Below are positions 63,234-64,000 of a DNA stretch of 64,000 nucleotides, in pieces. How positions within the stretch are numbered: position 1 is the first letter of the stretch; every line of letters begins with the position of its first letter. The notes beneath the pieces are model-generated. The model was given only the letters and a program-made list of their open reading frames with translations. It ran no database searches and was not told where the DNA came from. The stretch is from Cyanophora paradoxa CCMP329. Lineage: Eukaryota > Plantae > Glaucophyta. The DNA lies in NCBI GenBank assembly GCA_004431415.1, contig QPMI01000071.1, positions 310,001 through 374,000 on the forward strand, given 5' to 3'. The position numbers were made by a program, and so were the translations under genes.

Positions 63234-64000
63234 CAGGCCGGGCCCACATGTACATCTAGCGCTGCAGTCTCTAGACACCAGCACTGCGGGGGCTGCCTAG
63301 GGGCCCGGCCGAAGCAAAATAACTGGCTATATATAGGACAAGAGCACTAAGAACGACAAGACGAAGAGCCGAAAGCGACAACAAAAAAAAATAGACATAG
63401 ACCGAGAAGAGACGTCGACGACGTACGTATACGAGATATTAAACACCGGTCGCGAGACCGAGAAAATCTTTCAAGTTTAGGACGACAGACACAAAAAAAT
63501 TGAGCTAACCCCAACATCCAAGGGGACCACAGCATGCGATGATCATGACGAGACCGCTACCGTCGAAAGAGGACAAAGCTAGAAGCGAGAAAGATAAATT
63601 AAATCACAGGACGCCTTAAAGCAGACAGGTAAGAGGAACAACAGGAGGAACGACAAGTAAGAGAGTAAGAGGGGACGGAGGCGAAGGCGGACGATGCGAA
63701 AGAGCAGGCAAAAACGCAAAAACCTTGCAATTGATATGAAGCCTGAAGGGCAGTCAACGGGATCGATATCGTAAAAACTGGCCACAAAACTTGAAACTGG
63801 CCGAACTGATCGCGAACTACCGTAGTACAAGCCGGCAAAGCATAAGACGAAGCGAGGACCCCGGCACCAAGGACGGGGGCCGGAGGCCCGGGCCGCCCGC
63901 GGCCGGTAGGGAGTGAAACAGAAGGAGACGAAGGCCCAGCAAGCGTTAAGGCGACGACGGGCGCGACCACGAGGAAAACGGAGCGGCGGGCCCGGCACGC
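63234..64000 (-). mobile_element. Diverged older relative of the 61433-63219 element, running off the window
   Basis: Identical 33-mer cagtctctagacaccagcactgcgggggctgcc at 61460-61492 and 63265-63297. Further similarity between ~61759-61824 and ~63625-63706 (taagaggaacaaca..ggaggcgaag..gacgatgcgaaag). Same purine skew. Confidence 0.65.

Noticed and set aside
62133-63255. 307-, 252- and 175-aa ORFs in the purine-skewed element
   Set aside because: They are low-complexity products of base skew, which makes stop codons scarce. They show no recognisable motifs.

Overview
This window is GC-rich eukaryotic (protist/algal-type) genomic DNA with dense short spliceosomal introns (mostly 50-90 nt, GT-AG plus several GC-AG), so the six-frame ORFs are only fragments of the real genes. 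The style resembles a glaucophyte such as Cyanophora, but that is inference only. Six genes are supported. (1) The 3' 23.8 kb of a giant surface-receptor-like gene (FN3/Ig-like repeats, PKD, IPT/TIG, Cys-rich repeats, multi-pass TM region, long helical cytoplasmic tail). (2) An F-box/LRR-like gene. (3) An IBTK-like ankyrin-RCC1-BTB gene. (4) CCDC124/Lso2. (5) A MYND zinc-finger gene. (6) A Kelch/Pro-Ser-stalk/SEA/PKD/TRP-like polycystin-type membrane protein gene. An 8.4-kb non-LTR retrotransposon sits between genes 5 and 6. It has a 20-22 bp TSD, no ORF1, no poly(A), and what is probably one ~2,326-aa ORF (APE-RT-Cys domain-RNase H-two Zn knuckles) whose 8 same-direction frameshifts look like sequencing errors. 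The last 6.5 kb is a nested transposon cluster. Its most striking part is a non-autonomous Helitron2/Helentron-like element with GNA-loop terminal hairpins, an asymmetric 11-bp inverted repeat and internal 149-bp repeats. A second copy has inserted into the first exactly 16 nt from its 5' end, at T^T, with no TSD. This pair appears to lie in the 3' tail of a strand-skewed poly(A) retroposon family, which also received a younger copy of itself with a 14-bp TSD.
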